A DNA stretch of 64,000 nucleotides, taken from the NCBI GenBank assembly GCA_021155085.1, contig JAJNQA010000027.1, positions 30,058 to 94,057 on the forward strand, written 5' to 3'. This DNA is from Heliomicrobium sp. (GTDB lineage Bacteria > Acidobacteriota > Blastocatellia > RBC074). A program made the translations under genes and the position numbers. How positions within the stretch are numbered: the first letter of the stretch is position 1; each line of letters opens with the position of its first letter. The notes under the pieces are model-generated. The model did no database searches. It had not been told where the DNA came from and worked only from the letters and a program-made list of their open reading frames with translations. Shown here one piece after another: positions 1 through 8,847 of this stretch.

Positions 1-1170
1 ACTGTCATTGGCGTGGTGATCGGCGTTGCCGTCGTCACGCTGATCGCGGCTTTGCTGGAAGGCGCGGAGAACTACATAAAACAGACTGCATCCGAACTGG
101 GACCCGGGATTGCGCGAATTGACAAGGCGGCGTTTCAGGATTTTATCGGTGACGGACAAGCCTTTGCCGAAGCGCAATCCAAACGCCCGGACGTGACCAT
201 TGAAGATTTAAGAGGGCTGCAGGAAAGATTGCGCGACCGAATGGAAGTTGGCGCACAGCTTGACGCTTCCCTGCCTGTGCAGCGCGGAAACAATTCCCTG
301 CAAGGCATTGCCGTACAGGGCACGACGCCGAACATTGTGGCGCTGACGACGGTCAAAGTTGAACGCGGGCGGCAACTGACTGATTTTGACGACGAGTATC
401 GCCGTCCGGTTTGCGTGATCGGCGCGGACATTGACGAGTTTCTCTTTCCCGACCGCGATCCCCTGGGCCAATTCATCAAGGTCGGTTCGGCGGAATATGA
501 AGTGATTGGCATCGCCGCCAGACGCGGCTCATTGTTTGGCGCGTCGCAGGACGGCTTTGTGCAAATTCCGCTGGGCACGTTTGCCAAAGTCTTTGGCGCG
601 CGTTCCCGCTCCATCTCGGTGCTGGCCAAGGCCAAGCCCGAAGCCAACATTCCCAACGAAGAAGTTGAAGACATTGTCCGTTTTGCGATGCGCACCGAGC
701 GCCGTTTGCAGCCAGGCGAAGCGGATGATTTCAGCGTCGTCACCGCCAAAAGCGTCGAAAAAGTTTCCAAAACGCTGACCGGCTTGGTGGCTTTGATCCT
801 GTACCCGCTGACAGGGATTGCGCTGGTGGTTGGCGGCATTGTCGTGATGAACATGATGCTGGCTTCGGTGACGGAGCGGACGCGGGAAATCGGCATTCGC
901 CTGGCCATCGGCGCGCGGCGCAAAGACATCCTGGCGCAATTCCTGATCGAATCCACGCTGCTGACCCTGGCGGGCGGCGTGGTTGGAATCCTCGCTTCGA
1001 CCGGCGTGGTCTGGACGGCGGCGAAACTCGCCGGTCTGCCGCTGACGATGCCGCTGTGGGCGCTGGGCGCGGCGGTGATTGTTTCCTGTCTGGTGGGAAT
1101 TGTCTTTGGTGTGTTTCCAGCGCGGCGCGCGTCGAAGCTCGATCCGATTGAGGCGTTGAGGAAAGAATGA
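1..1170 (+). CDS. ABC transporter permease, FtsX/MacB family (5' partial, runs off window start)
   Basis: ORF track frame 1; C-terminal FtsX 4-TM permease signature (VMNMMLASVTERTREIGIRLAIGARRKDIL...GVFPARRASKLDPIEALR) preceded by large periplasmic domain. Confidence 0.8.
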   Translation, partial: TVIGVVIGVAVVTLIAALLEGAENYIKQTASELGPGIARIDKAAFQDFIGDGQAFAEAQSKRPDVTIEDLRGLQERLRDRMEVGAQLDASLPVQRGNNSLQGIAVQGTTPNIVALTTVKVERGRQLTDFDDEYRRPVCVIGADIDEFLFPDRDPLGQFIKVGSAEYEVIGIAARRGSLFGASQDGFVQIPLGTFAKVFGARSRSISVLAKAKPEANIPNEEVEDIVRFAMRTERRLQPGEADDFSVVTAKSVEKVSKTLTGLVALILYPLTGIALVVGGIVVMNMMLASVTERTREIGIRLAIGARRKDILAQFLIESTLLTLAGGVVGILASTGVVWTAAKLAGLPLTMPLWALGAAVIVSCLVGIVFGVFPARRASKLDPIEALRKE

Positions 1171-1173
1171 ATT

Positions 1174-1244
1174 AGGTGATAGGTCGTAGGTGGCAGCTTG
1201 TAGGTTGAATGGAAAAAGCATCTGCCACCTGTCACCTACCACCT
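1174..1244. repeat. long imperfect inverted repeat (about 23-bp arms, 25-nt loop) spanning the first in-frame ATG (1209) of the second permease
   Basis: AGGTGATAGGTCGTAGGTGGCAG ... CTGCCACCTGTCACCTACCACCT, 8 perfect + about 12 further pairs by eye. Confidence 0.5.
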
Positions 1245-1253
1245 ACAACCTAT

Positions 1254-2516
1254 ATGCAAAAGCAAATTCTTCGCGACATCGTCATCACCGTTTTCGACAG
1301 CCTGCGCGCGCACAAGCTGCGTTCGGCGCTGACCCTGCTGGGAGTCGTCATCGGAACTTCAGTCGTGGTAATGGTCGGCGCCGTACTGACCGGGTTATCG
1401 GCGCGCGTGGCCGCCATCACCGAACGCAGCGCGCCGAATGTCATTTACTTCACGAAGGAAGAGCGGATCGGGCCATCCTTCAGCCGCCAAACCGCCGAAG
1501 AGCGGCAGCGGAAAGAAATCAGTTATGAAGATGCGCTGGCCGTTGCCGCGCTGGATACTCCACAGGCCGTTTCGCCGCAGAAAATTCGCGGCAGCTACGG
1601 CCCGTCGGCCAACAAGGCCAAAATGACCGCGAAGGGCCGCGAAGCCATCAATCCATTGATTCTCGGCGTCTGGGAGAACTTTCCCGAAATCGTTTCGGTA
1701 CGCGTGGATCGTGGCCGGTTTTTCACGGAAACCGAACGCAAGAGCCGCGCGAAAGTTTGCGTCATCGGCGTGGGCGTCGCCCGGCAGTTGTTTGAGGAGA
1801 CAAACCCGCTGGACCAGGACGTTCGCATTGATGGCGAGATTTACCGAGTGGTGGGCATTCTGGAAGAAGCTTCCGGCGAAGGGGTCATCGGCAGCGATGA
1901 CCTTGACGAACGCACCATCTACGTACCGTTCGAGACCATCGCCAAACAGTATCCGGAAATTGAAGGCACGGTCATTGTTGTTCGCGCGCCGGCAGGCAAA
2001 ACCGACGTGGTGACCGAGCAGGTGACGACAACTTTGCGCATTCGCCGAAACGTGCCGAACGAAGCGCCGAACAATTTCGGCGTCAATCGCGCCGAGCAGG
2101 TTTTTGAAGTCATTCAGCAGATCATCGTCGGTCTGGCCGCCATCGTCGTGCCGATTGCCCTGGCTGGCCTGGTGGTCGGCGGCGTCGGCGTCATGAACAT
2201 CATGCTGGTGTCGGTGACTGAACGGTCCCCGGAAATCGGTATCCGCCGGGCGCTGGGCGCGCGCCGCCGCGACGTGCTGACGCAGTTTCTGGTTGAAGCC
2301 ATGATTTTGACTGGCGTCGGCGGGCTGATCGGCATCGCCATCGGCTTTGTCTTTGCGCTGCTTATCCGCTTCGTCGTTAATTTTCCCGCCGCCGTGCCGA
2401 TGTGGGCGGTGATTGTTGGCTTCTTCACCTCGGCCTCGGTCGGTCTGATTGCCGGGATGTGGCCGGCCATCAGAGCCGCGCGCCTTGATCCGGTTGTCGC
2501 CATTCGCGGCGAGTAA
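1254..2516 (+). CDS. ABC transporter permease, FtsX/MacB family
   Basis: ORF 1209..2516; start placed at ATG 1254 just 3' of hairpin (1209 alternative); FtsX motif VMNIMLVSVTERSPEIGIRRALGARRRDVL...AGMWPAIRAARLDPVVAIRGE. Confidence 0.75.
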   Translation: MQKQILRDIVITVFDSLRAHKLRSALTLLGVVIGTSVVVMVGAVLTGLSARVAAITERSAPNVIYFTKEERIGPSFSRQTAEERQRKEISYEDALAVAALDTPQAVSPQKIRGSYGPSANKAKMTAKGREAINPLILGVWENFPEIVSVRVDRGRFFTETERKSRAKVCVIGVGVARQLFEETNPLDQDVRIDGEIYRVVGILEEASGEGVIGSDDLDERTIYVPFETIAKQYPEIEGTVIVVRAPAGKTDVVTEQVTTTLRIRRNVPNEAPNNFGVNRAEQVFEVIQQIIVGLAAIVVPIALAGLVVGGVGVMNIMLVSVTERSPEIGIRRALGARRRDVLTQFLVEAMILTGVGGLIGIAIGFVFALLIRFVVNFPAAVPMWAVIVGFFTSASVGLIAGMWPAIRAARLDPVVAIRGE

Positions 2517-2534
2517 GTCGGCCAACCGAATTTC

Positions 2535-2570
2535 CCTGAATTGCCTGAATTGCCTGAATTGCCTGAATTG
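2535..2570. repeat. tandem repeat 4 x 9 bp (CCTGAATTG)
   Basis: cctgaattg x4 directly after permease stop codon. Confidence 0.8.
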
Positions 2571-2668
2571 ATTGTAAAACCTGCCGCTCTGCGCCAGAAT
2601 GCGCGCGTTTCGTTCCACCTTTCCTTCAAACACAACTAAGCAGAATTGGACAAACAGGAGAGACCGCA

Positions 2669-3448
2669 GTGTCAGAGAAAATACTCGTCTCGCTGGAAAA
2701 CGGCATTAAACGGATTACCATCAACAATCCCACGCGTCGAAATGCGCTTGATTTCGATGCTTTCCGAGACCTCGCTGATGCCATCAAACAATCCGCCGAG
2801 GATGAAACCAAAGTTATTGTGCTGACCGGCGCGGGCGACAGCTTTTGCGCCGGAGCCGACCTGCAAGGCTTTGGCGGCGATGCGGCCAGTCACGATGTCA
2901 CAGCCAGTTTGCGCTCCGGAGTGAATCCCGGCATTCAGGCGATGCGCGATTTGCCGAAACCGATCATCGCGCGGGTTCACGGGCACGCGGCGGGTGTCGG
3001 CTGCAATTACGCGCTGGCGGCGGACATCATTATTGCTTCGGAGCAGGCTTTTTTCGGCCAGGTCTTCGTCAAGATCGGACTGATGCCGGATGGCGGCGGA
3101 ACCTACTTTCTGCCGCGCGCGGTCGGTTACAACCGTGCGTTCGAACTGATGGCGCTGGGCGATCCGATTCCGGCGCAGGCCGCTTTTGCCATGGGCATGA
3201 TCAATCGGGTTGTGCCCGTGGCGGAACTGGATGCGACGGTCAATGCGCTGGCCGAACGGCTGGCAAATTCGCCCGGCGTCGCGCTGGGACGGATCAAAGC
3301 CGGCTTGAACGCGGCGATGAATTCTGACCTCGCCGCGGCCCTGGACTTTGAAGCCGTCAATCAGGGCGCCTGCTTCCGCTCGGAAGATTTCAAGGAAGGC
3401 GTCGCCGCATTCCTGCAAAAACGGAAGCCGGATTTCAAAGGTAAATGA
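2669..3448 (+). CDS. enoyl-CoA hydratase/isomerase (crotonase family)
   Basis: GTG start with AGGAGAG SD; crotonase signature VLTGAGDSFCAGADLQGF, oxyanion-hole region. Confidence 0.85.
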   Translation: MSEKILVSLENGIKRITINNPTRRNALDFDAFRDLADAIKQSAEDETKVIVLTGAGDSFCAGADLQGFGGDAASHDVTASLRSGVNPGIQAMRDLPKPIIARVHGHAAGVGCNYALAADIIIASEQAFFGQVFVKIGLMPDGGGTYFLPRAVGYNRAFELMALGDPIPAQAAFAMGMINRVVPVAELDATVNALAERLANSPGVALGRIKAGLNAAMNSDLAAALDFEAVNQGACFRSEDFKEGVAAFLQKRKPDFKGK

Positions 3449-3529
3449 GTTTATAAAGAAGGCCGTTAAGCCGCGTCGCGGACGGAACGTCCGCGATCCA
3501 AACCAACCATCAACCGCCAACTACAAACA

Positions 3530-4882
3530 ATGAACGAAAATCAAAGCTCCGCCCAGAATCCGTCCCAGAATCAAGCCTGGTTTGCCCTGGCCATATTATT
3601 CGCCATCAACACGATGAACTTTTTCGACCGGCAGATTGCGGCTTCGGTCGGCAAGCCGATCATTGACGAATTCAAGCTGACGGATTCCGATTTCGGCAAT
3701 ATGGCGATGGCTTTTACGCTGATTTACGCGGCGGTGGGTGTGCCGCTGGGCCGGTGGGCGGATCGCGGAAACCGCTCGCGGATTTTGAGCATCGGCGTGG
3801 CGGCCTGGAGTTTGTTCACGGCGGCGGGCGCCGCCGCCTGGAGTTATGGGTCATTGTTTGCGGCGCGAATGCTGGTGGGCGTTGGCGAAGCCAGTTGTTC
3901 GCCAGCGGGGAATTCGCTGATCGGCGATTTGTATCCGGCCAACAAGCGTGCGCGGGCGACTTCGATCTTTATGCTGGGGCTGCCGATTGGCATCTTCCTC
4001 AGCAATATGTTCGGCGGCGTGATCGCCAAACATTACGGTTGGCGCGCAACGCTGCTGATTGCGGCGGTGCCTGGACTGATTCTGGCCTCGCTGGCTTTTT
4101 TCATCAAAGAGCCGCCGCGCGGCGCAACCGAGGCCATCAAAACCAAACAGCAGGATCACAAAGGCTGGGAGCCTTATCGCCGCGTGCTGAACATTCCCAC
4201 GATGTGGTGGATCATCCTGTCGGGTGCGCTGCACAACTTCAACGCCTACGCGGTCAATTCATTTATGCCGCTTTACCTGGGCCGCTACCACGGTTTGGAC
4301 GTGGCCAACGCCGGTTATGTTTCCGCCGTGGTGCTGGGCGCGGTGGGGGTCGTCGGCTTGCTGGGCGGAGGGCTGGCCGCCGACTGGGTTCGCAAGAAAA
4401 GCCCGAACGGACGAATGCTTCTGTCCGCCTGGTCACTGCTGATCTCAACGCCGTGTATTTTCCTGGCATTGCAAATGCCGAAAGGCTCGCTGACCGCTTT
4501 TATGATTCTGATGGGGATCGGCTGGATGATGATCTACGTTTATTACGTGACGGTTTATCCGGCGGTGCAGGACGTGGTCGAGCCCGGTTTGCGCGGCACG
4601 GCGATGGCGCTGTATTTTTTCGCGATGTACCTGCTGGGTGGGGCCTTTGGCGCAAAAATCCTGGGAAATCTGAGCGATTATTTCGCCCGGCAGGAAATGA
4701 TCAAAGCCGGCGCAACCGCCATGGCCGAATCTTTCAGAGCCGAAGGATTGCACACCGCCTTTTACATCGCTCCGGTTGCTTCCCTGATTCTGGCTCTGGT
4801 GTTATTCGCCGGGGCGCGAACCGTGGCCAAAGACATGGAAAGGCTTCAGCAATGGATGCGCGGCGCGGCGGAAAAAGCCTGA
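3530..4882 (+). CDS. MFS transporter (spinster-like)
   Basis: 12-TM hydrophobic profile, MFS motif GRWADRGNRSRIL, DRQIAASVGKPI. Confidence 0.8.
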   Translation: MNENQSSAQNPSQNQAWFALAILFAINTMNFFDRQIAASVGKPIIDEFKLTDSDFGNMAMAFTLIYAAVGVPLGRWADRGNRSRILSIGVAAWSLFTAAGAAAWSYGSLFAARMLVGVGEASCSPAGNSLIGDLYPANKRARATSIFMLGLPIGIFLSNMFGGVIAKHYGWRATLLIAAVPGLILASLAFFIKEPPRGATEAIKTKQQDHKGWEPYRRVLNIPTMWWIILSGALHNFNAYAVNSFMPLYLGRYHGLDVANAGYVSAVVLGAVGVVGLLGGGLAADWVRKKSPNGRMLLSAWSLLISTPCIFLALQMPKGSLTAFMILMGIGWMMIYVYYVTVYPAVQDVVEPGLRGTAMALYFFAMYLLGGAFGAKILGNLSDYFARQEMIKAGATAMAESFRAEGLHTAFYIAPVASLILALVLFAGARTVAKDMERLQQWMRGAAEKA

Positions 4883-5080
4883 TCGCAAAAGCCTGGGTAC
4901 GCATCGCTTCCAGCGTGCGGACATGGCGGGAAAACCCGGTGGAATCCGAAAAGCAGGTGGAGCGCGCCCGCACGCTGGAAGCGATGCGTACCCAGGGGAG
5001 AGTTGTTTCACTTCCCGGATTGGCTTATGTTCTTGCCGCGAGATTTAGGCTTCGATTACTCAAGTGAAGCAGGGCGAATT

Positions 5081-6160
5081 ATGAAAAGGAATCGCAGAGA
5101 ATTTCTGAGAACCGGGCTGGCATTGGCTGCGACGACTTTGCCGGTTTTCGCACTGGCGCAAGACCCGCAGCAGCCGGAACAGATCGTTTATGTCTGCCCG
5201 ATGCACGCTGACGTATCTTCCAAACTGCCGGGAAAATGTCCGAAATGCAGTATGAAGCTGATAGCTGCAAAAGCTGCAGGCAGCAGCGGCGATTTCTATT
5301 CCTGCCCGATGCACCCCGACATTGTTTCCAACCAGCCGGGGAATTGTTCAAAGTGCAAGATGAAGCTGGTCAAATCAGCGCCGCCAGAAGTCAGCGATTA
5401 CGTCGTCAAAATTCAAACCGTGCCATCTCCGCCGCGCGCGGGCCAGAAAGCGAAGTTTCGCTTCACCATCTTTCATCCGACAACCGATCAGCAGATCAAG
5501 CAATTCAATATTCTGCACGACATGCCTTTTCACTTGTTTGTCGTCAGCCAGGACTTTGAAGCGTTCCAGCATATTCATCCCGACAAACAGGCCGATGGCA
5601 GCTTTACAATCGAGACCAAGCTTCCGAAAGCGGGTTATTACAAAATCTTCTGCGACTTCTTTCCGGCGGGCGGCACGCCGCAGGTCACGCATCACAGCCT
5701 GGTCACCGCAGGTTACAAAGGCGATTTGATGTCGTCGCTGGCGAAACTGACGCCGGATAAACCCGTTGGCGGCAAACTGGTGAAAACGGTTGAGGGGACG
5801 CGCTTTGAACTGAATTTCGAGCCGGCGGAACCTTTTTCCGGAAAATCCGCCGAGTTGCGTTACCACTTGACGGATGAAAAGACCGGCGGGCCGGTGACGG
5901 ATTTGAAGCCTTACCTCGGCGCCTGGGGACACACGCTGATTCTGAGCGAGGATGCGACGGATTATCTGCATTCGCATCCGACCGAAATGATTGACGAAGA
6001 ATTGACCATCGAAGAGCGCGACAAACTGCCTGGCAAGGCGGACGTGGTGTTTGACACCTTCTTTCCGCATCCGGGGAATTACCGCCTCTGGTCGCAGTTT
6101 CAGCGCAGAGAGAAGATCATCACGGTTTCCTTCACCGTCTACATTCCGCGTCTCAAGTAA
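5081..6160 (+). CDS. Tat-secreted metal-binding protein: two CPMHxD...CxKCxMKL heavy-metal-binding motifs + His-rich Ig-like C-terminal region
   Basis: Twin-arginine signal MKRNRREFLRTGLALAA; YVCPMHADVSSKLPGKCPKCSMKL and YSCPMHPDIVSNQPGNCSKCKMKL; HIHPD/WGH/HSHP His clusters. Confidence 0.6.
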   Translation: MKRNRREFLRTGLALAATTLPVFALAQDPQQPEQIVYVCPMHADVSSKLPGKCPKCSMKLIAAKAAGSSGDFYSCPMHPDIVSNQPGNCSKCKMKLVKSAPPEVSDYVVKIQTVPSPPRAGQKAKFRFTIFHPTTDQQIKQFNILHDMPFHLFVVSQDFEAFQHIHPDKQADGSFTIETKLPKAGYYKIFCDFFPAGGTPQVTHHSLVTAGYKGDLMSSLAKLTPDKPVGGKLVKTVEGTRFELNFEPAEPFSGKSAELRYHLTDEKTGGPVTDLKPYLGAWGHTLILSEDATDYLHSHPTEMIDEELTIEERDKLPGKADVVFDTFFPHPGNYRLWSQFQRREKIITVSFTVYIPRLK

Positions 6161-6216
6161 GGATGGGAGGAAGTCGGAAATCCGGACCGGGTTTCATTTT
6201 CCAGTTCCTCGTTCTC

Positions 6217-6269
6217 ATTTTTGATTTGTCATTGGTGAAGAGCCAGCCACTCGATGACAAATCAAAAAT
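6217..6269. repeat. inverted-repeat element copy 1 (ATTTTTGATTTGTCAT-N21-ATGACAAATCAAAAAT)
   Basis: 16-bp perfect arms; same core as copy at 8541-8614; followed about 50 bp later by shared CTATACTCCGCGC block. Confidence 0.8.
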
Positions 6270-6297
6270 GGAAAATAAGTCCCCGACAGCGTTTCTC

Positions 6298-6326
6298 CTG
6301 ACACTCCTTTTCTTTTCGACTATACT
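6298..6326 (+). promoter_or_regulatory. sigma70-like promoter for kinase gene (-35 CTGACA, 17-bp spacer, -10 TATACT)
   Basis: 5/6 + 5/6 matches to consensus, 17-bp spacing, about 90 bp upstream of ATG 6419; part of duplicated module. Confidence 0.5.
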
Positions 6327-6418
6327 CCGCGCACCCCTTTTCAGATAACCGAACATTTAGGTCAGACAGGCAGGCCAGACAGGCAGGCCAAACAGGCCGA
6401 ACAATCAAGGAGCAAGCC

Positions 6419-8524
6419 ATGAACCGCTGCGCGCATTGCTACGGTGATTTGCCGGATTTCGCCGTTTTCTGTCCCTCCTGCGCACGTGCCGACGAACCGG
6501 ACTTTGCCCGGATGCTGCACCAAACCATCGGGGAGCGTTACCGCCTTTACCGCCGGTTGGGGCAGGGAGGGCTTTCGACCGTTTTTGCGGCGACTGATCT
6601 GCAAACCGACGAGGTGGTGGTCGTGAAGGTCAGCGATCCGGCGCAGTTGGTGCAGCGAGAATTGAGTTATGCGATTGATGCCGAAGCCGCGCGCAACTAT
6701 TGGGGCGAGATGCTGGAGCGCATGCGCCGCGAAGCGGAAACACTTGCCGAGATTGATCATCCGAACATCGTGCGATTTTATGACACCGGGTTGATTGGCG
6801 AAGACCTGCGTTTTGTCGTCATGGAGTTTTTGCGCGGGCGGATGCTGCGGGATGAAATGGACGCCAAAGGCAGGCTGGAACCGGCAGCCGCAATCCGCAT
6901 CGCCCTGGAAATCTGCCAGGCGCTGCGCGAAGTCCACGCGCGCGGCATTGTTCACCGCGACATCAGTCCGCGAAACATCTTTCTGGCGGAAGCCAGAACG
7001 CAGGCAGCGGAAAATGAAACCGTCGAGGTGCGCCGCTCCATCATCAAGTTGATTGATTTCGGGATTGCCAAATTTCCGCAGCCGCCCGGCGCACCGCCCT
7101 TCACGCAGCATTCGGTGCTGAGCGGCACGGTCGCCTACGCTTCGCCGGAGCAATGTCAGAGCCGCGAAGTGGATCATCGTTCGGATATTTATTCGCTGGG
7201 GGTGGTGCTGTACGAAATGGTGACCGGGCAGCGTCTGTTTACAGGGCGGACGCCGACGGAAATTGCCCTCAAGCAAATTCAGGCGGAGCCGGTTCCACCG
7301 CGACAACTCAATCCTGATCTTCCCCTGGGCCTGGAGCGGGCGATTCTGCGGACGCTGGCGAAAAATCCTGAAGAGCGGCCACAAACCGCCGAACTATTTG
7401 CTGAAGAGCTTCGGGCAAGTGCCCGGCAAATCGTAATTCCACTGCAGGGCGTTCAAGCAGCGGACGCCGATTCGGTGGAAGGGCAAATCGTTGACGGCGA
7501 AAATGAAGAGTTGATTGACCGCGCGCGACTGGTTCGCCGCCGCCGCCGGCGCTTTGCATTGGCCGTGGCAGCCTTGTTGCTGGTCGGAGCCACGACGGGA
7601 ATGCTGTTTGGCAAAGACTGGCTGGTTTCGCGCCTGGTTGAAGCGCCGTTGGTGTCGCTGGCCAATCTGGGCGCGCAACCTTCGCCATCACCCAGCGAGA
7701 GTGCCGACGCCGAAGCCAACAGCGACCCGGACGCGCTGGAACTCGCGGCCCAGCTTCCGGCGGACAATGTCGCGGGCGTGCCCGGTAACAGCGGCGCGCA
7801 GCCATTGTCGCAACCCGGTCCGTCGAAATTGCCGGAGGCCAAATCAAACTTGTCCGCGGGTTCAAACACTCCATCAATCACACCGGCAAAACCAACGCCT
7901 GCGCCGGCACCTGCCGTAAAATCCGCGCCAGTCGCGTCTCATACGACGGTGAAGACTCCACCCCCCGTTTTGCCCGCTCCGCCACCGACGGTTGCCGTCG
8001 CGCGCGCGCCGCAGCCGGGCAGTTCTGCGCCCGACAGCAGGCCGGAAGCGCCAGGTTCACGCAAAATCGAAGACAGGAATAATCCCCGGCAGAGCGAACA
8101 TTCAACTGAAAACACCGATCACAATAATTCGCCGCAGGTTGCTCGCCGGGATCGTGTCGCCGCCAATCGCCAACGGGAGGAAGACTTTCCCCGCCGCGAA
8201 TCAAACTCGCGAAGGCACGAAGCCGCAGCCGATGCGGACGATGATCCTCAGGACAGGGAAGATTCTCAGCAACTCGGCCCGAAGCTGATTCAATGGAGCG
8301 GCCCGGTCAACCGCGAGCGCGAAATCACCATTGAGTTACCGGGCAAGCCCGGCAGATTGGAAATTCCGCGCGTCTACCGCAACCGTGTCGGCATGGTCGA
8401 ACCGCCCAGCCCATCGAATCGCTGGCGCAGCGCGAAACTGCGCGTCTTTGGACAAGGTGGAGTTTCGTTCGTCGTCCGTTGGTGGCCGGATGTGGTCGGG
8501 CTTTCCCGTCTGGCCGGTCATTGA
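6419..8524 (+). CDS. Ser/Thr protein kinase with N-terminal zinc-ribbon and Pro/Ala-rich low-complexity C-terminal half
   Basis: CAHCYGDLPDFAVFCPSCAR; Hanks kinase motifs GQGGLSTVF...VVKV, HRDISPRNIFL, DFGIAKF, GTVAYASPEQ; TM segment then PAP-rich tail. Confidence 0.85.
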   Translation: MNRCAHCYGDLPDFAVFCPSCARADEPDFARMLHQTIGERYRLYRRLGQGGLSTVFAATDLQTDEVVVVKVSDPAQLVQRELSYAIDAEAARNYWGEMLERMRREAETLAEIDHPNIVRFYDTGLIGEDLRFVVMEFLRGRMLRDEMDAKGRLEPAAAIRIALEICQALREVHARGIVHRDISPRNIFLAEARTQAAENETVEVRRSIIKLIDFGIAKFPQPPGAPPFTQHSVLSGTVAYASPEQCQSREVDHRSDIYSLGVVLYEMVTGQRLFTGRTPTEIALKQIQAEPVPPRQLNPDLPLGLERAILRTLAKNPEERPQTAELFAEELRASARQIVIPLQGVQAADADSVEGQIVDGENEELIDRARLVRRRRRRFALAVAALLLVGATTGMLFGKDWLVSRLVEAPLVSLANLGAQPSPSPSESADAEANSDPDALELAAQLPADNVAGVPGNSGAQPLSQPGPSKLPEAKSNLSAGSNTPSITPAKPTPAPAPAVKSAPVASHTTVKTPPPVLPAPPPTVAVARAPQPGSSAPDSRPEAPGSRKIEDRNNPRQSEHSTENTDHNNSPQVARRDRVAANRQREEDFPRRESNSRRHEAAADADDDPQDREDSQQLGPKLIQWSGPVNREREITIELPGKPGRLEIPRVYRNRVGMVEPPSPSNRWRSAKLRVFGQGGVSFVVRWWPDVVGLSRLAGH

Positions 8525-8540
8525 ACGCCACAGTCTTTTT

Positions 8541-8614
8541 CCCATTTCCCATTTTTGATTTGTCATTTCCACGAACGTATCTTCCGCAATGACAAATCAA
8601 AAATGGGAAATGGG
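8541..8614. repeat. inverted-repeat element copy 2 (27-bp perfect arms CCCATTTCCCATTTTTGATTTGTCATT / AATGACAAATCAAAAATGGGAAATGGG) with GGGAAAT tandem units
   Basis: perfect 27-bp palindrome arms separated by 20 nt; shares core with 6217-6269. Confidence 0.85.
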
Positions 8615-8662
8615 AAATGAAATGCGCTCTGCCGTCAATCCATTCCAGAAGGGAAAAAACAT

Positions 8663-8691
8663 CTTCCCACCCTTTTTTCGTGTGCTATACT
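8663..8691 (+). promoter_or_regulatory. candidate promoter with extended -10 (TGcTATACT), weak -35
   Basis: same CTATACTCCGCGC block as copy 1; about 155 bp upstream of ATG 8848. Confidence 0.35.
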
Positions 8692-8847
8692 CCGCGCCGC
8701 TTAGCCGATAAGAAAAGACGCCTCAGCTGGCAGTAAATCGTTGCCGAAGCCATTGAGCAGTAATCGTTCGCTGAAGACGCGTCATTCAATTGTCCCGGAT
8801 CTTTCCCGTCAACCGCAGTCTCAAACAGCCGAGGAGGAGCTTTCTGT

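Noticed and set aside
3754-5067. 437-aa Arg/Gly-rich ORF overlapping the MFS transporter
   Set aside because: Alternate-frame artefact typical of high-GC coding sequence; the MFS frame has a clear 12-TM profile and motifs.
6362-7384. 340-aa ORF on minus strand
   Set aside because: Antisense shadow of the well-supported Ser/Thr kinase gene (6419-8524) in GC-rich DNA; no motifs, overlaps entirely.
8601-8620. GGGAAAT short tandem units and long palindromes as possible CRISPR
   Set aside because: Only 2-3 short units with no spacer-repeat periodicity and no cas genes; they are part of the inverted-repeat element.
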